The notes under the pieces were generated by a model. The model searched no databases. It was not told the DNA's origin and saw only the letters and a program-made list of their open reading frames with translations. Positions 51,088 to 53,624 of a stretch of 53,624 nt of DNA are shown piece by piece. The position numbers and the translations under genes were made by a program. Position 1 is the first letter of the stretch, and every line of letters begins with the position of its first letter. The DNA lies in IMG/VR virus record IMGVR_UViG_3300017785_007857, positions 1 through 53,624 of that record; one strand, given 5' to 3'. Source of the stretch: a virus (Duplodnaviria > Caudoviricetes).

Positions 51088-51112
51088 CAGGTATTTAAAA
51101 CAACATTAGTGG

Positions 51113-51209
51113 TAAATAAAATTTGTACGCAATTCAGCGTCTTATGCGGTTATTAAACCCACCGCGTAGTGGCTAGAACCCACATCGGACTTCTTTAAGG
51201 AGAAAACAA
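51113..51209 (+). promoter_or_regulatory. Late promoter and structured 5' leader
   Basis: TAAATA 51113-51118, three consecutive hairpins 51127-51183, TAAGGAG RBS. Confidence 0.55.
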
Positions 51210-51956
51210 ATGGGACGTCCTCTCAAAATTCAAAAATATTCTACTAATTCAGGTGTTGGATCGCCAGGTGCAGCAGTTGGCATTGACATTGGCTTTCCTA
51301 ATTTTGGTTCGTTAACTGATCCAGAATTCAACGTCAATCCTACCACACTCAGCAATGCAGACTATCTTGGGGTAGTTGGTGGTTTGCGTACCACTGCAAC
51401 GTCAGCAACCAACCCTATTGTCAAATGTATTGTTAACATCACTAACAGTTTCACAGGGGTAGATGATGGTGTTATTTTGCGCCAAAAAGGTTCACACAAG
51501 TTTTTAGTGGCCACCAATACTGCTATTGATCCTGCTAATGCTGTGGTAGGAGTAAGTGTTCGCATTGCAACGTTAGGCGACACTAACTGGTTGTCCATGG
51601 GTGCGCCTGTTGGTGCTGCGGTTGGAACAATTTTCCAAGTCACAGTAGCGTCAGCAGCAGCAACCTCAGGCACTTGTCAAGAAGTTGGTGTCTGTGTGTT
51701 AGACAATGATTCAACCCCGGCCGCTGGTCTTATGGCCATTGGATTCTCAGTGGGTGACTCAACAGTCACTTACATCAGCAAATTAACCAATAAGTGGTTG
51801 CTGGACTGGACTGGTGGTAACGGATACACACAATCTGACATTACCAGTGATGTTCGTTATGTATCAAACTTCTTCACTGATGAGGGAACTGTTATCAAGT
51901 CTGGCACTGCTGATACTACAGTTATCCCGGGTCAACTTGAAAAATGGACTAGCTGA
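51210..51956 (+). CDS. Probable virion structural protein (MGRPLK N-terminus)
   Basis: 248 aa, G/T/V/S-rich, strong RBS, late promoter, follows the capsid locus. Confidence 0.6.
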   Translation: MGRPLKIQKYSTNSGVGSPGAAVGIDIGFPNFGSLTDPEFNVNPTTLSNADYLGVVGGLRTTATSATNPIVKCIVNITNSFTGVDDGVILRQKGSHKFLVATNTAIDPANAVVGVSVRIATLGDTNWLSMGAPVGAAVGTIFQVTVASAAATSGTCQEVGVCVLDNDSTPAAGLMAIGFSVGDSTVTYISKLTNKWLLDWTGGNGYTQSDITSDVRYVSNFFTDEGTVIKSGTADTTVIPGQLEKWTS

Positions 51957-51974
51957 TTTTAGCTTGCTCCCCTG

Positions 51975-52007
51975 TCCTCTCTGGAATACATACAGGGAGG
52001 ATTTTTT
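51975..52007 (+). terminator. Intrinsic terminator that overlaps the RBS of the next gene
   Basis: TCCTCTCTG-gaatacata-CAGGGAGGA-TTTTTT-ATG. Confidence 0.7.
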
Positions 52008-52595
52008 ATGACTGTTGCTTTTGTGTTGGGAAACGGCATTAGCCGAAAATCTGTAAATTTACAAAGATTGGCAGAACTTGGACCAGTCTATGGATGTAAT
52101 CGTCTGTATCAAGAATTCACGCCCACGGCCTTGGTGGCAACTGATCGCCCCATTGCCAGTGAAATTCAAGAATCAGGGTACAGTGGACGACATAGATTTC
52201 ACACACGTCAGCCCATTCCCGGACTAGGGGCAAAACCTGTGCCCAAGCCCTATTATGGATCAAGCTCCGGCCCAATCTGTGCTAGCCTGGCTGCTCTTGA
52301 TGGGCATCGGTGCATTTATTTGCTGGGATATGACATGGGCCCAGCAGAAAATGGATTGTTCAACAATGTCTATGCCAACACACCTTTGTACAAAAAACAC
52401 ACAGATCAACCCACTTTTACAGGAAATTGGATCAAACAACTGCGTCAAGTTGTAACTGACTTTGGAGATCGCCGATGGATCAGAGTACGTGGCGCCACCA
52501 CAGCAAAAATACCAGAGCTAGAGAGCATAGCTAGCCTCTCTCATATGCACTTGGACCAGTTCCTAGAACTCATAAATAATGGAAAGGATCTGTAA
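52008..52595 (+). CDS. Maf/DUF115-like (CST/GT29/GT42-type fold) sugar transferase-like protein
   Basis: AFVLGNGISR...YGCN...LVATD...SSGPICASLA...IYLLGYDM. Confidence 0.6.
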   Translation: MTVAFVLGNGISRKSVNLQRLAELGPVYGCNRLYQEFTPTALVATDRPIASEIQESGYSGRHRFHTRQPIPGLGAKPVPKPYYGSSSGPICASLAALDGHRCIYLLGYDMGPAENGLFNNVYANTPLYKKHTDQPTFTGNWIKQLRQVVTDFGDRRWIRVRGATTAKIPELESIASLSHMHLDQFLELINNGKDL

Positions 52596-53624
52596 ATGTC
52601 AACTGTCAAACGAATAAATGGCGGTGGTTATACCATTGAAACAGTGGGAGCATCTGATAATGTGTTTATCAACAGCAGCTCTCTACTGATCAGTAATACT
52701 ATTGTAGCCAACTCAATTCAAGCGTCTGGGGTAAGTGCCTTTACCTCCAACATCTCTGTGTCCAATGTCAGTGCCACTGGGCAAGTCACAGCCGCTACGT
52801 TTGTTGGTGATGGAACTGGACTCACTGGTGTTGCTGCTGGCAATGCGCTGGGCAACATTATTTCATATGGTACTTCAAATGTTGCTATTCCCGTATTGTC
52901 AGGCAATGTAAGGATAGCAGTGGGCGCAGTTGCCGACATTACTGTGTTTAGTACCACTGGCATAGCAGTGATTGGTCGTATTGACGTCACAAATGGATTA
53001 TTAACTGCTGGCAACATCACCCTGGGGGGATTGGTTACTGCCGCAGGCAATATCACTTCAACTGCCAATGTACAAGGAAACTACATTCTTGGCAATGGTG
53101 CATTGTTATCTGGAATTTCAGCAACATCATCAAACATCAACAACGGCAATACCAACGTACGGATTGATGTTTCAGGCGGAAATGTTGCTGCCAATGTGGG
53201 CGGAACTGCCAATGTACTGGTTCTTAGATCCACTGGTGCGATTGTTACTGGAATTATTTCAGCCACTGGAACCATAACTACCACTGGAATTATAACTGCT
53301 ACTGGAAATATAACAGGTGGAAACTTAGTTACTTCTTCTGAAGCAACAGCAGTTGGAAACATAACAGGTGGAAATTTAATCACTGGTGGGCTAATAACTG
53401 CCACTGGAAATATTTCCAGTTCAGCACGAGTGTCAGCAGCAAACATATCTACCACTGGAAATATAACGGCTGGAGTCACAGCAAATGTCAGTGGTGGTAA
53501 TCTTATTGGAATAACTTTAGTTCAGGGCGGCAATCTCAGTGCAGTTGGAAATGCCACTGTAGCAGGCAATATTATTGGCGGTGGATCTATCACTGCGCCT
53601 GGCAATATAACTGGTGGCAATCTA
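52596..53624 (+). CDS. Fibre-like beta-repeat virion protein (partial, runs off the right edge; missing from the ORF track)
   Basis: Hand translation MSTVKRINGGGYTIETV... stays open to the window end; GDGTGLTG, GNGALLSG and repeated (T/V)GNITGGNL. Confidence 0.85.
   Translation, partial: MSTVKRINGGGYTIETVGASDNVFINSSSLLISNTIVANSIQASGVSAFTSNISVSNVSATGQVTAATFVGDGTGLTGVAAGNALGNIISYGTSNVAIPVLSGNVRIAVGAVADITVFSTTGIAVIGRIDVTNGLLTAGNITLGGLVTAAGNITSTANVQGNYILGNGALLSGISATSSNINNGNTNVRIDVSGGNVAANVGGTANVLVLRSTGAIVTGIISATGTITTTGIITATGNITGGNLVTSSEATAVGNITGGNLITGGLITATGNISSSARVSAANISTTGNITAGVTANVSGGNLIGITLVQGGNLSAVGNATVAGNIIGGGSITAPGNITGGNL

Noticed and set aside
52718-53479. Minus-strand ORFs 52718-53068 and 53081-53479
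   Set aside because: Antisense shadows of the plus-strand fibre gene starting at 52596, which the track missed because it has no stop inside the window.
1-53624. Alternative genetic code (stop-codon reassignment)
   Set aside because: Long genes are intact under code 11, and TAA, TAG (34454, 47577) and TGA (35485, 37245) all end genes at sensible positions.

Overview
53.6-kb segment of a large, distantly T4-related tailed dsDNA phage (myovirus type, standard genetic code, very dense coding). From left to right: (1) minus-strand radical SAM and glycosyltransferase-like cluster (1-4515); (2) tail fibre and baseplate module (4587-33448) with a 4713-aa giant virion protein and gp6-, gp25-, gp5-, hub-, gp53- and gp48/54-like genes; (3) plus-strand gp55-like late sigma factor, gp47/gp46 (Mre11/Rad50) nuclease and an Hjc-like resolvase; (4) a ~380-nt highly structured non-coding element (37791-38169); (5) a minus-strand operon with a tail/baseplate chaperone pair linked by a -1 slippery site, then DUF1415-like, ATE_C/Bpt-like aminoacyl-transferase, DUF6614-like and sulfotransferase-like genes; (6) a tape-measure-like protein and the head module (portal, core, protease, scaffold, major capsid); (7) further glycosyltransferase-like genes and a fibre gene. 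The best candidates for undescribed biology are the pseudoknotted RNA followed by ssDNA-type (primosome-site-like) hairpins behind the resolvase gene, the aminoacyl-tRNA-transferase operon, and a probable virion glycosylation system. All family assignments come from recognising motifs by eye; no database search was run.
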